A program made the position numbers and the translations under genes. From positions 1 through 64,000 of the forward strand of contig JALEKK010000036.1 in the NCBI GenBank assembly GCA_022769005.1: a DNA stretch of 64,000 nt, given 5' to 3'. The DNA comes from Lachnospiraceae bacterium (GTDB lineage Bacteria; Bacillota; Clostridia; Lachnospirales; Lachnospiraceae). Below the pieces are notes generated by a model. It was not told the DNA's origin. It saw only the letters and a program-made list of their open reading frames with translations, and did no database searches. Below are positions 11,264 through 20,208 of the stretch, one piece after another (positions within the stretch are counted from its first letter, which is position 1; every line of letters starts with the position of its first letter).

Positions 11264-11373
11264 TCAATACCGTTTTACACAGATAATATATAAATATAGC
11301 ATATAAGGGTCAGGTAAGGGTTAGTCTCATTACATTGACCCTTGTGTGGAGTAAACATAAATGAGGATTAGCG

Positions 11374-12525
11374 ATGGCTGAAAAGAGAGATTATTATGAA
11401 GTGCTTGGCGTTAGCAGGAATGCCACAGAGAGTGAGATAAAAAGTGCCTACAGAAAGTTAGCCAAGAAATATCACCCTGATACTAATCCTGATAATGCTG
11501 AAGCCGAAAGTAAGTTTAAAGAAGCATCTGAAGCGTATTCGGTTCTTTCCGATGCCGAAAAGAGAAAGCAATATGATCAGTTCGGTCATGCGGCATTTGA
11601 CGGAAACGGCGGTGCAGGCGCCGGCGGATTTGATTTCAGTAATATGGGAGACATATTCTCCGAATTTTTCGGCGGAGGAGGAAGCTTTTTCGACGGAATG
11701 TTCGGAGGCGGCAGAAGACGATCCGAGCGTGGAAATGCACCTCGAAAGGGCAGAGATCTTGAAGCCAATGTACGGATAGATTTAACAGAGGCGTATAAAG
11801 GCATAAAGAAGGAAATTGAATATAACTATAAAGAGGAATGTGATTCCTGTCACGGTTCCGGCGCAAAGGCCGGAACAAGTCCGGAAACATGTAACAACTG
11901 CGGCGGCACGGGTCAGGTGGTTTATACACAGCAGTCGGTTCTCGGAATGCTTAGAAATGTAGGCGTATGTCCGGAATGTAACGGTAAAGGTAAAATCATC
12001 AAAGAAAAATGTGATAAATGCAGAGGCAACGGATATATTTCCAGAAAGAGAAAAATTCAGGTTGACATTCCTGCGGGAATAGATGACGGACAGTACATAA
12101 GACTGGCCGGAGAAGGTGATCCGGGAGAAAACGGCGGACCTAGAGGAGATCTTATCGTAGGTGTAAGAGTTGTCAATAAAACACGATTCGGAAGAAACGG
12201 AGAGGATCTGTTCACTGAAGTAACAATTTCATACCCTACGGCAGTACTCGGCGGCGAAGTTGAGGTGGAAACCATTGACGGCAAAATATTATATGACGTT
12301 AAGCCGGGAAGCGTATCCGGACAGAGAGTCCGCTTAAAAGGAAAGGGTATGCCTAATGTAAGAAATAACAGGTCATACGGAGATTTGTATATTACGCTTA
12401 TTATTGATGTACCTACAAAACTTACAAATGAACAGAAAGAAGCACTTATCGCATACGACGAAGCACTTACGGGCAAAGAAAGAGACGATAAAGGCAGAAA
12501 GAAGAAAAAGTTTTTCGGTAAATAA
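11374..12525 (+). CDS. dnaJ: Co-chaperone DnaJ (Hsp40)
   Basis: It has a J-domain (YYEVLGV...KKYHPD), a G/F-rich linker and four CxxCxGxG zinc-finger repeats. Confidence 0.95.
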   Translation: MAEKRDYYEVLGVSRNATESEIKSAYRKLAKKYHPDTNPDNAEAESKFKEASEAYSVLSDAEKRKQYDQFGHAAFDGNGGAGAGGFDFSNMGDIFSEFFGGGGSFFDGMFGGGRRRSERGNAPRKGRDLEANVRIDLTEAYKGIKKEIEYNYKEECDSCHGSGAKAGTSPETCNNCGGTGQVVYTQQSVLGMLRNVGVCPECNGKGKIIKEKCDKCRGNGYISRKRKIQVDIPAGIDDGQYIRLAGEGDPGENGGPRGDLIVGVRVVNKTRFGRNGEDLFTEVTISYPTAVLGGEVEVETIDGKILYDVKPGSVSGQRVRLKGKGMPNVRNNRSYGDLYITLIIDVPTKLTNEQKEALIAYDEALTGKERDDKGRKKKKFFGK

Positions 12526-12806
12526 AATATTTGCCGAAAAAAGCAAATATAATATTGCATAAATAAAATGCTCACAGCGTCAAAAGCATCTTTTGCCGTT
12601 GCAAGCATATAAAATTAATATTACGAACGGGTGTATGATTAATGAATTTTATTCGGAGACATATACCCGTTTTATTATGTCGAAAAAATACCCAAAAAGA
12701 TTTTAACATTTTAAGAAAAATACGACAAAAACTAAATAAAGTAAGAAAATTTATAAATTACTGGTAAAATTAAGATGTATTTTTTATACTAATCACGGGG
12801 GATTGT

Positions 12807-12893
<87 letters not shown>

Positions 12894-12908
12894 AGTTGAT
12901 TTAAATGT

Positions 12909-12955
12909 TTTTGTTACGCCTTTTTCGCTTTTAAAGTGGAAAAAGACGTTTTTTT
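12909..12955 (+). terminator. Intrinsic terminator after the mini-ORF and upstream of the surface-protein gene
   Basis: acgcctttttcg...tggaaaaagacgt forms an approximately 11-bp stem with one mismatch, followed by a T7 run. Confidence 0.55.
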
Positions 12956-13073
12956 CATATGAGAGGGGGTGGAGCGCCAATCCCCTCTAATGTAGTTTTG
13001 GATTTATACAGTGGTAATTGTATATTTATCATTAATTAAAATGATTAACTAAATTCAAGAAAGGAATGAAAAA

Positions 13074-15797
13074 TTGAAAAACAGTTTAAACAGTAAGCTG
13101 AAAAATATCGGAAAAACCAGAAAAAAATTATTGACAGGTATGGCCTCTGTGACAATGATTTTTTCATCATTATTAGTTCCAACGACATCAGTTGTTCATG
13201 CTGAAGAAAATAATAAATGGGAAGAAATTGAAAAAGTACTAAATAAAGATGAGGCAACAAAAAGTGCCAGCATAACCAAGGCAAAACAAGAAATACCGGA
13301 TGGATTTGTTGTTGATAATTCGGGAAAATATACATTTTTTATTTTAGAACTAAATGGTGATAATTTTTCTTTCAACAAGCAAGCAGGTACAAATTGGTAT
13401 ATTAGGTTATCAAGAGATTTTTCAACTTATGATGGAATCGTATACGCTGACTTGGTTAATAAAGATGATAGTTCTGTTGTGGAAAGTTTAGTTATCAGAC
13501 CCGGAGAGAATAAAGAATTTCAACAAATAAAAAGCAAAAATATTGCAGCTTTTAATTTCACTGTCAAAGTTGATGAAGCAACAATGGATGTTGAAGGAAA
13601 AAATGTAACATCATATTTTATAGGTATCGACTCAGGCATGGGTGGAGGGACCAAGAGTACAATTAGGTATTCGTCATTAGGAACTGAAAACGGATTACGA
13701 TTAAACAATTGGTCAGGAGTAGTCCCGAGATCTCCAATTGAGCAAAGAACCATGTACTTGAAAAAAGAAGATGACAGCTTGCTTGCTCAATATACTCAAA
13801 GCGGCGGAATATATGGATTTAACTTTACATCCGCCGGTCCGGCAAAATTTGAAAACTACGAATTAGTAGAGGAACCTGAGAAAAAGGATGGAGTATTAGA
13901 TGCTGTCACTCCCGGAACTTATGTAATTGACGACAGATTCAGTAATAAAAGAGCCAGAATTAAAATTAATACAAAGGAAGATGGCACCCAAAAGATTGCC
14001 ATGCTTATTATAAATCCGGATCATCCAAATTTTGAAGAAAATTATAACAACAGTAATATGAATGCAGAGTTTCTGGATATAGTAAGATTACGAGATATTG
14101 TTATGAACTCTAATCTGCAAGGTGAGCAAATGCTTGATGAGTTCAATAAAACAAATCCTAACTATCTTCTTATGTATGTTTCTCAAGATATAGCCCCGGG
14201 AGCGTATAATGAATCACAAGACGGTGTTACCGGTACAGGAAGATGGGAATATACATTAAAAGAAGGCGATTTGACTGATGGTACAAAAACAATAATCGGT
14301 GAAGTACAGACACTTAGCGGACTAACAAATGCATTCTTTACAGTTGGAAATTATACAATAAGAAAAAATAATAAAGAATATAAAATAGCCGGTTTAGAAT
14401 CAGGGATGAAAAACAGTAATAATAAGGCTGATACAGATATTGTTTACCGTTATGCACCTAAGGGTGGATTAAAAGTGTTTTTTGTTAATACCAAAGGTGA
14501 GCAGATAAAAGATCCTGCCATTGTATATCAAAAAGCAGATAAGGGAACCAGATATAACACTGCTGATGTAAAAGAAAACATAATTCCTTTCGGCGGTAAA
14601 AAATATAGGTTTAAGGCAATTGATCCGGAAGGAGGAGTTAAAGAAGTTTCTGCTCCGGCAGCTGATGATTCAAGACAAATTGTAGAGATTACAGAGGAAG
14701 AGGGATCTGTAGAAACAAATACCATAAAAGAATTGACATATGTTTATGAAGAATTAAATCAATCATTAACAGTAGAAAAAAGTGTTGCAGAAAGTAAATA
14801 TTCAAAAGTCGGAGATGTTCTTCATTATACAGTAGTCATAACAAATACAGGTGACGAAGTTTATGATGCTCTTGACATTAGAGACAGCCTTGTAGATTTT
14901 GCCAAGATGGATATCACGGAATCAAAAACAAAGGATAACAAACTGGAAGTCGGTGAAAATTGGATATTAAATTATGAATATACAATAACAGAGGATGATA
15001 TTACAGCCGGTAAAGTTATCAACAAAGTTACGGTAAAAGATCCGCAAAACCCTGATGATCCCGGAGAAGAAGGTCAAACTGAAACACCTAAAGAAAAATT
15101 CTACAAAGTAACTCATGAATACAAATCGGGAACGCCTAATAAAGAGTTGCCGCAAGAAGTAAAAGACTTAACACCTAAAAATCAAGAGAATAAAAAGAAC
15201 GGCGAAGATGTAACTCCTACTCCTCCGGAAAAAACTACGGTAGCGGTGAAAGACGGAGAGTGGGTGTTTGAAGATTACGACAGAGAAACAGGAAGAATCG
15301 AAAATAAAGATGAACACTTTGTCGGAACTTGGGTATTTAAGGAAACACCAAAGCAGAAGATCGGAAATGTATATGTAAAATATATTACGGAAGACGGACA
15401 AGAACTTGAGGCGGAAAAGCCTGTAAAAGTAAATGCTCCGATAGGAGAAGGATATACGACAGACAAAAAGAACTTTAACGGTTATGAATTTGTTAAAATG
15501 GAATCCGGATCCGCTCCCGGTAACGGAGAAGTGACAGAAACAGATCAGTATGTAGTTTATGTGTACAGAAAAGTTAACACAACTAATGAAAAACCGATTG
15601 TTTTAAATAATAACAATAATAATAGTAATAACGGAGGAACAATTTCGGTAAGTTCACCGAAAACAGGAGATTCAAGCAATATTTTATTATACAGCGGAAT
15701 TTCAGTTGTTTCTTTAGCTTCTGTTGCAGTTATCCTTTACAATAAGAGAACTGCAAATAAAAAATATCTATATACACAATTAGATAAAAAGAAATAA
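13074..15797 (+). CDS. Cell-wall anchored surface protein (sortase substrate, SPKTG motif) with MucBP-like and DUF11-like repeat domains
   Basis: The N-terminal signal peptide is KTRKKLLTGMASVTMIFSSLLVPTTSVVHA. The C-terminal sorting signal is SPKTG followed by a hydrophobic helix and a KRTANKK tail. Internal matches include GNVYVKYITEDGQELEAEKPVKVNAPIGEGYTT (MucBP-like) and VGDVLHYTVVITNTGDEVY (DUF11-like). An asparagine-rich linker is present. A TTG start was assumed. Confidence 0.8.
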   Translation: MKNSLNSKLKNIGKTRKKLLTGMASVTMIFSSLLVPTTSVVHAEENNKWEEIEKVLNKDEATKSASITKAKQEIPDGFVVDNSGKYTFFILELNGDNFSFNKQAGTNWYIRLSRDFSTYDGIVYADLVNKDDSSVVESLVIRPGENKEFQQIKSKNIAAFNFTVKVDEATMDVEGKNVTSYFIGIDSGMGGGTKSTIRYSSLGTENGLRLNNWSGVVPRSPIEQRTMYLKKEDDSLLAQYTQSGGIYGFNFTSAGPAKFENYELVEEPEKKDGVLDAVTPGTYVIDDRFSNKRARIKINTKEDGTQKIAMLIINPDHPNFEENYNNSNMNAEFLDIVRLRDIVMNSNLQGEQMLDEFNKTNPNYLLMYVSQDIAPGAYNESQDGVTGTGRWEYTLKEGDLTDGTKTIIGEVQTLSGLTNAFFTVGNYTIRKNNKEYKIAGLESGMKNSNNKADTDIVYRYAPKGGLKVFFVNTKGEQIKDPAIVYQKADKGTRYNTADVKENIIPFGGKKYRFKAIDPEGGVKEVSAPAADDSRQIVEITEEEGSVETNTIKELTYVYEELNQSLTVEKSVAESKYSKVGDVLHYTVVITNTGDEVYDALDIRDSLVDFAKMDITESKTKDNKLEVGENWILNYEYTITEDDITAGKVINKVTVKDPQNPDDPGEEGQTETPKEKFYKVTHEYKSGTPNKELPQEVKDLTPKNQENKKNGEDVTPTPPEKTTVAVKDGEWVFEDYDRETGRIENKDEHFVGTWVFKETPKQKIGNVYVKYITEDGQELEAEKPVKVNAPIGEGYTTDKKNFNGYEFVKMESGSAPGNGEVTETDQYVVYVYRKVNTTNEKPIVLNNNNNNSNNGGTISVSSPKTGDSSNILLYSGISVVSLASVAVILYNKRTANKKYLYTQLDKKK

Positions 15798-15848
15798 AGA
15801 AAGTTATAAATACTTTTCTTTCTTATTGATATATGAATAATTATATTT

Positions 15849-15876
15849 TTGACATATGAAATATGCAGAATATAAT
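15849..15876 (+). promoter_or_regulatory. Candidate sigma-A promoter upstream of the SPFH operon
   Basis: TTGACA at 15849-15854, a 16-nt spacer, then TATAAT at 15871-15876. Confidence 0.45.
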
Positions 15877-16107
15877 ATATGCAATTCTCGAAATTAATCG
15901 GGATTTTAATATATAATTAATTTGCAAGGCAGATATTTTTTTATATATAATCAAATAAATGCAACAAAAATATTTTAAAAATACTCAATATTATATGAAT
16001 ATATACTACTGTTGTGGTAGTGATATATCCCGATTAATATGTTATTTTATGTAATATAATAGCTATATTCAAATATACGATACGGCTATTGTTTAGGAGG
16101 TATAATC

Positions 16108-17328
16108 ATGGGACTAATTAAGGCGGCTCTTGGATCATTTAACGGCACTATGGCGGACATGTGGAAAGAATTTTTCTACTGTGACGCCTTAGACAACAAT
16201 GTATTGGCAGTGAGAGGAAAGCACAGCGGAAGTAAGCGTTCGTCAAACAAAAGAGGTCACGACAATGTGATTTCCAACGGAAGCGGAATTGTTGTCGCCG
16301 ACGGTCAGTGTATGATGATTGTTGAGCAGGGTAAGGTTGTGGAAGTTGCAGCCGAACCGGGAGAATATACATATGATAATACTAAAGCTCCTACAATCTT
16401 TTCCGGCGGACTCGGAAAGGGAATTCTTGAAACTTTCAAAACGATAGGGAAGAGATTTACATACGGAGGAGACACGGGCGTAGATCAGAGAGTGTACTAC
16501 TTTAACATAAAAGAGCTTGTTGATAATAAGTTCGGAACTCCTAATCCAATACCGTTCAGAGTTGTGGATAAAAACATTAATCTTGACATAGATGTGTCTC
16601 TTAGATGTTCAGGTGTATATTCATACAAGATAGAAGATCCTATTCTCTTCTATACAAATGTATGCGGAAATGTTGAAGAAGATTTTACGAGAGATAAGTT
16701 GGAAAGTCAGCTTAAGACGGAATTCGTGAGCGCTTTACAGCCGGCTTTCGCAAAGCTTTCAGCCATGGGTATAAGACCGAGTGAAATAATTGCCCATAAC
16801 ACTGAACTTGAAGAAAGCATGGATCAAATATTGTCCGATAAGTGGTCTAAGTTAAGAGGTCTTGACATTGTAAGTGTTGCCATAGGTTCCGTAACTCTTC
16901 CCGACGACGATGCCGAGCGTATTAAGAGAGCTCAAAATGATGCCATATACAGAGATCCTCTTATGGCTGCCGCAACACTGTCCGGTGCTCAGGCGGATGC
17001 CATGAGATCCGCCGCCGCAAACGAAGGCGGAGCCATGAACGGATTTATGGGTATGGGTATGGCGATGGGAGCCGGCGGCGCCAATACTGCCGCACTCTTT
17101 GAAGCAGGAGCAAAACAGAGGGAACAGCAGGCACAAAATAACTCAACCCAATCAAATGCAGGTGTATGGAAATGTACAACATGCGGAACAGATAATACCG
17201 GCAATTTCTGCACTAATTGCGGAACTAAAAAACCGGTTGCGGTTAATAAGTTTTGTCCGAATTGCGGATTTGATCTTTCGGGGGCAAATGCAAAGTTTTG
17301 TCCGAACTGCGGCAATAAATTAGACTGA
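16108..17328 (+). CDS. SPFH/Band-7 (flotillin-like) domain protein with two C-terminal zinc-ribbons; B. subtilis YdjI-like
   Basis: 406 aa. It has an SPFH-like core and a Gly/Met/Ala-rich linker. The C-terminus reads CTTCGTDNTGNFCTNCG...FCPNCGFDL...FCPNCGNKL, giving paired CxxC ribbons. Confidence 0.75.
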   Translation: MGLIKAALGSFNGTMADMWKEFFYCDALDNNVLAVRGKHSGSKRSSNKRGHDNVISNGSGIVVADGQCMMIVEQGKVVEVAAEPGEYTYDNTKAPTIFSGGLGKGILETFKTIGKRFTYGGDTGVDQRVYYFNIKELVDNKFGTPNPIPFRVVDKNINLDIDVSLRCSGVYSYKIEDPILFYTNVCGNVEEDFTRDKLESQLKTEFVSALQPAFAKLSAMGIRPSEIIAHNTELEESMDQILSDKWSKLRGLDIVSVAIGSVTLPDDDAERIKRAQNDAIYRDPLMAAATLSGAQADAMRSAAANEGGAMNGFMGMGMAMGAGGANTAALFEAGAKQREQQAQNNSTQSNAGVWKCTTCGTDNTGNFCTNCGTKKPVAVNKFCPNCGFDLSGANAKFCPNCGNKLD

Positions 17329-17347
17329 ATTAAATAAGGGGAACTTA

Positions 17348-18427
17348 ATGGCAGAATTACAGGATTTTAAATGCCCTTCCTGTGGGGGTGCAATACATTT
17401 CGACAGCGGCGTTCAAAAAATGAAATGCCCTTATTGTGACGCTCAATTTGATATCGACTCTTTAAAATCACTGGAAGAAGAGCCCGATATACTTGAAGAA
17501 GATAAGTTTGCATGGGAAACGACGCCGGAACGGGAATGGACAGATGAGGAACAGGATCAGCTTAATTCATACATTTGTAATTCATGCGGCGGCGAAATAA
17601 TAGGAGATAAGACTCTGGGGGCAACCAGCTGTCCGTATTGCGGTAATCCGGTGGTAATGACAAAGATGTTTGCCGGCATTTTAAAACCGGATTATGTAAT
17701 TCCGTTTAAATACGACAAGAGTCAGGCTGAAGAAAGCCTCAGAAAATATGTAAAAAGCAAGAGATTTGTACCGAAATATTTTAAAACCGAAAACAGAATA
17801 AAAGAAATAAGAGGTATATATGTGCCGTTTTGGCTGTTTGATTCCAAAGTTGATGCGGATATTCAATACAATGCCACGGAAGTAACAACCTGGTCCGATT
17901 CGGAATATATCTATACAAAGACAGATCACTACAAACTGCACAGATCGGGAGACATAGCTTTTCAACATATTCCCGTTGACGGTTCAAGCAAAATGCCTGA
18001 CGATTTGATGGAATCCATAGAACCGTTTGATTTTAGTGAAGCCGTGGATTTCCGAACGGCTTATTTATCGGGATTTTTTGCCGACAGATATGATGTAACG
18101 GCCGACGACAGCATAGACAGAGCCAACACAAGAATAAAGAGAAGCACGGAATCCGAATTTATGAAGACCACGAGAGGATATGACACGGTTACGGTAGCCG
18201 GGTCAAGTATTGCTCTATCCGAATCAACGGAACATTATGCGTTATATCCTGTGTGGATTCTTAATACAAAGTGGAACGGTAATGACTATATGTTTGCCAT
18301 GAACGGACAGACCGGAAAGTTCACGGGTAATCTTCCGGCAAGTGTAGGAGGACTGTGGGCGTGGTTCTTTATTATTACGGGCATTATCGGAATATTAATT
18401 TTCCTGCTGTTTTATTTTGTATTTTAA
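17348..18427 (+). CDS. Zinc-ribbon membrane protein (two N-terminal CxxC...CxxC ribbons and a C-terminal TM anchor); YdjG-like
   Basis: The first ribbon is CPSCGG...CPYCDA. The second is CNSCGG...CPYCGN. The C-terminal hydrophobic helix is LWAWFFIITGIIGILIFLLFYFVF. Confidence 0.7.
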   Translation: MAELQDFKCPSCGGAIHFDSGVQKMKCPYCDAQFDIDSLKSLEEEPDILEEDKFAWETTPEREWTDEEQDQLNSYICNSCGGEIIGDKTLGATSCPYCGNPVVMTKMFAGILKPDYVIPFKYDKSQAEESLRKYVKSKRFVPKYFKTENRIKEIRGIYVPFWLFDSKVDADIQYNATEVTTWSDSEYIYTKTDHYKLHRSGDIAFQHIPVDGSSKMPDDLMESIEPFDFSEAVDFRTAYLSGFFADRYDVTADDSIDRANTRIKRSTESEFMKTTRGYDTVTVAGSSIALSESTEHYALYPVWILNTKWNGNDYMFAMNGQTGKFTGNLPASVGGLWAWFFIITGIIGILIFLLFYFVF

Positions 18428-18439
18428 AAGGAGCTGCAC

Positions 18440-19369
18440 ATGAAAAAAATAAAATTAACGGTTGTATCGTTATGTATAAGTGCATTAATGGGGGCAATAC
18501 CTCTTTTATCGGCTCCTGTTCATGCAGATGATTTAAATGCAAAGGGTCTGAATGGCTCATATATCGGCGAATATGAACAAATGCATGATGTATCGTCAGG
18601 ATATTATTTGGCGGAAAACGGAACAGCCACGGAAACGACTTCTGTTACTCCTGCCGTAACCGCAAAGAAATATGTGGCGGATGATGCGGATTTATTGGAT
18701 AAATCAGAAGAGGAAGCATTAAATTCCAAGTTGGAAAAAATAAGTGATGAATTAAACTTTGACGTTGCGGTTGTAACCGTGAATTCCACAGGATCTAAAA
18801 CTGCCACGGAGTATGCGGATGATTATTTCGATTATAACGGATACGGAAGAGGATCAAACGGCGACGGAGCGCTGTTTCTTGTAAGTATAAGCGACAGAAA
18901 GTGGGCTATATCAACTAAAGGATACGGCATTAGCGCCATTAACAAAGATGCTTTAAACTACATGGAAGATGAAATTATTCCGATTTTAAAAGACGGTGAT
19001 TACAGTGATGCCTTTAATAAATTTGCCGATCTTACATATGATATTGTAAAGGATGCAAAAAAAGGTAATTCATTTACGGAGCCAAAAAAATCAAAGGATG
19101 TGCTTATGAATTTAATTATTGCATTCTCCATAGGTGCGTTTATTTCAATGATAATTATTTTATCGTATAAAAAGAAATTAAAGCCGGTAAAATTTGAAAC
19201 TGAGGCAAAAGCGTATATTGTTCCCGGAAGCTTTAACATAAGAAGGAGTGATGATTACTTTTTGTACTTTAACATTACAAAAATTCCGATTCCTAAAAAT
19301 GATTCCGATTCGGATTCTCACACTTCGTCGTCCGGAAGTTCCCACGGAGGATTAAGCGGAAGCTTTTAA
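18440..19369 (+). CDS. TPM-domain (TLP18.3/Psb32/MOLO-1 phosphatase-like) secreted or membrane-anchored protein; YdjH-like
   Basis: It has a signal peptide. The TPM-like core includes DDADLLDKSEEEALNSKLEKISDELNFDVAVVTV and GDGALFLVSISDRKWAISTKGYGI. A TM helix follows (LIIAFSIGAFISMIIILSY), then a Ser/Gly-rich tail. Confidence 0.75.
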   Translation: MKKIKLTVVSLCISALMGAIPLLSAPVHADDLNAKGLNGSYIGEYEQMHDVSSGYYLAENGTATETTSVTPAVTAKKYVADDADLLDKSEEEALNSKLEKISDELNFDVAVVTVNSTGSKTATEYADDYFDYNGYGRGSNGDGALFLVSISDRKWAISTKGYGISAINKDALNYMEDEIIPILKDGDYSDAFNKFADLTYDIVKDAKKGNSFTEPKKSKDVLMNLIIAFSIGAFISMIIILSYKKKLKPVKFETEAKAYIVPGSFNIRRSDDYFLYFNITKIPIPKNDSDSDSHTSSSGSSHGGLSGSF

Positions 19370-19453
19370 TTATTTTAATATTATTCAGTTATAATAAAGA
19401 CAGTTAAGAAATACATTTTTTAACTAATAAACAAAAGACAAGGAGGTTAAAAT

Positions 19454-19618
19454 ATGGAGGAAGAAATTATATTACAAAATGAACTGTTAGAAAAATACAT
19501 TATTAATTATACGTTGATGGAAGTGTTAATGGTAATTGAAGAGTTAGAAAAGAAAGAAAATGATTGCAAAAAATATGAAACTTTAAAAGAAAAAATTAAA
19601 GCCCTGGCTAAAAAATAA
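19454..19618 (+). CDS. Small 54-aa charged, helical protein with a strong RBS; not in the supplied ORF track
   Basis: AAGGAGG lies 8 nt upstream of the ATG. The product is MEEEIILQNELLEKYIINYTLMEVLMVIEELEKKENDCKKYETLKEKIKALAKK. It is positioned as the last gene of the SPFH cluster. Confidence 0.4.
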   Translation: MEEEIILQNELLEKYIINYTLMEVLMVIEELEKKENDCKKYETLKEKIKALAKK

Positions 19619-19923
19619 CCAAGGCTCGCAAAGAAAATAATGAGGCAGTTCTTCTTGTCTCTGCCCTTTATATGTGAACTATAACACATAAAGACAAGAA
19701 ATTACAATGATATTAGTTCACTTCTAATGTTATAGTTAACGTTCAATATTGTGATTCAAGCTCAAATGTATTAGCAAGAAAACATATAGATATATAGCGT
19801 AAGATTTATAATTAGCGCAAATAGAAAAACAAATACACTTGTTTCATCTGTTTGTGCTGAAAAACTAAATATGGGTTACACATTTTCTTTGAAAATGTAT
19901 AACATAAAGCAAAAACACAAGGT

Positions 19924-19960
19924 CACAAGGGTATTTTCAGCACGTATCCTTGTGATTTTT
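19924..19960 (+). terminator. Intrinsic terminator / attenuator hairpin in the leader region upstream of ileS
   Basis: cacaagggta...tatccttgtg forms a stem followed by ATTTTT. The loop sequence ttttcagcac is complementary to gtgctgaaaa at 19854-19863, which would form an alternative pairing. Confidence 0.55.
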
Positions 19961-20208
19961 GCGTTTGAGGTTTGAGAGGTTTGTAATTTTCCTGCTAAGG
20001 TAAAAATTAATCTAACTAAAAATAATTAAATATTTTTCAAAAAATTCTCTGCAAGAGAAGCAGACATCTTTTAAAACAACTTAGATATATTCTATTTCTT
20101 GACTTTTACAGTCTCATTTTATACCATAAAAATAATTATGCTATTTTAGGGATTTTATGCCCTGTTATATAGTAAATATCGCACCTCAGAGTGAAAGGAA
20201 GTATTGTT

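Noticed and set aside
12526-12680. Candidate dnaJ operon terminator (atatttgc-cgaaaaaa-gcaaatat and acgggtgtatg...catatacccgt)
   Set aside because: The first hairpin lacks a T-run. The second has a 29-nt loop. Both are plausible but not convincing enough to annotate.
19620-20190. Expected Ile T-box riboswitch upstream of ileS
   Set aside because: The conserved T-box sequence AGGGUGGNACCGCG and a convincing specifier-loop context were not found. The closest match is aaatatgggttacacatt, which is too weak. The region is reported only as a generic attenuator-like leader.
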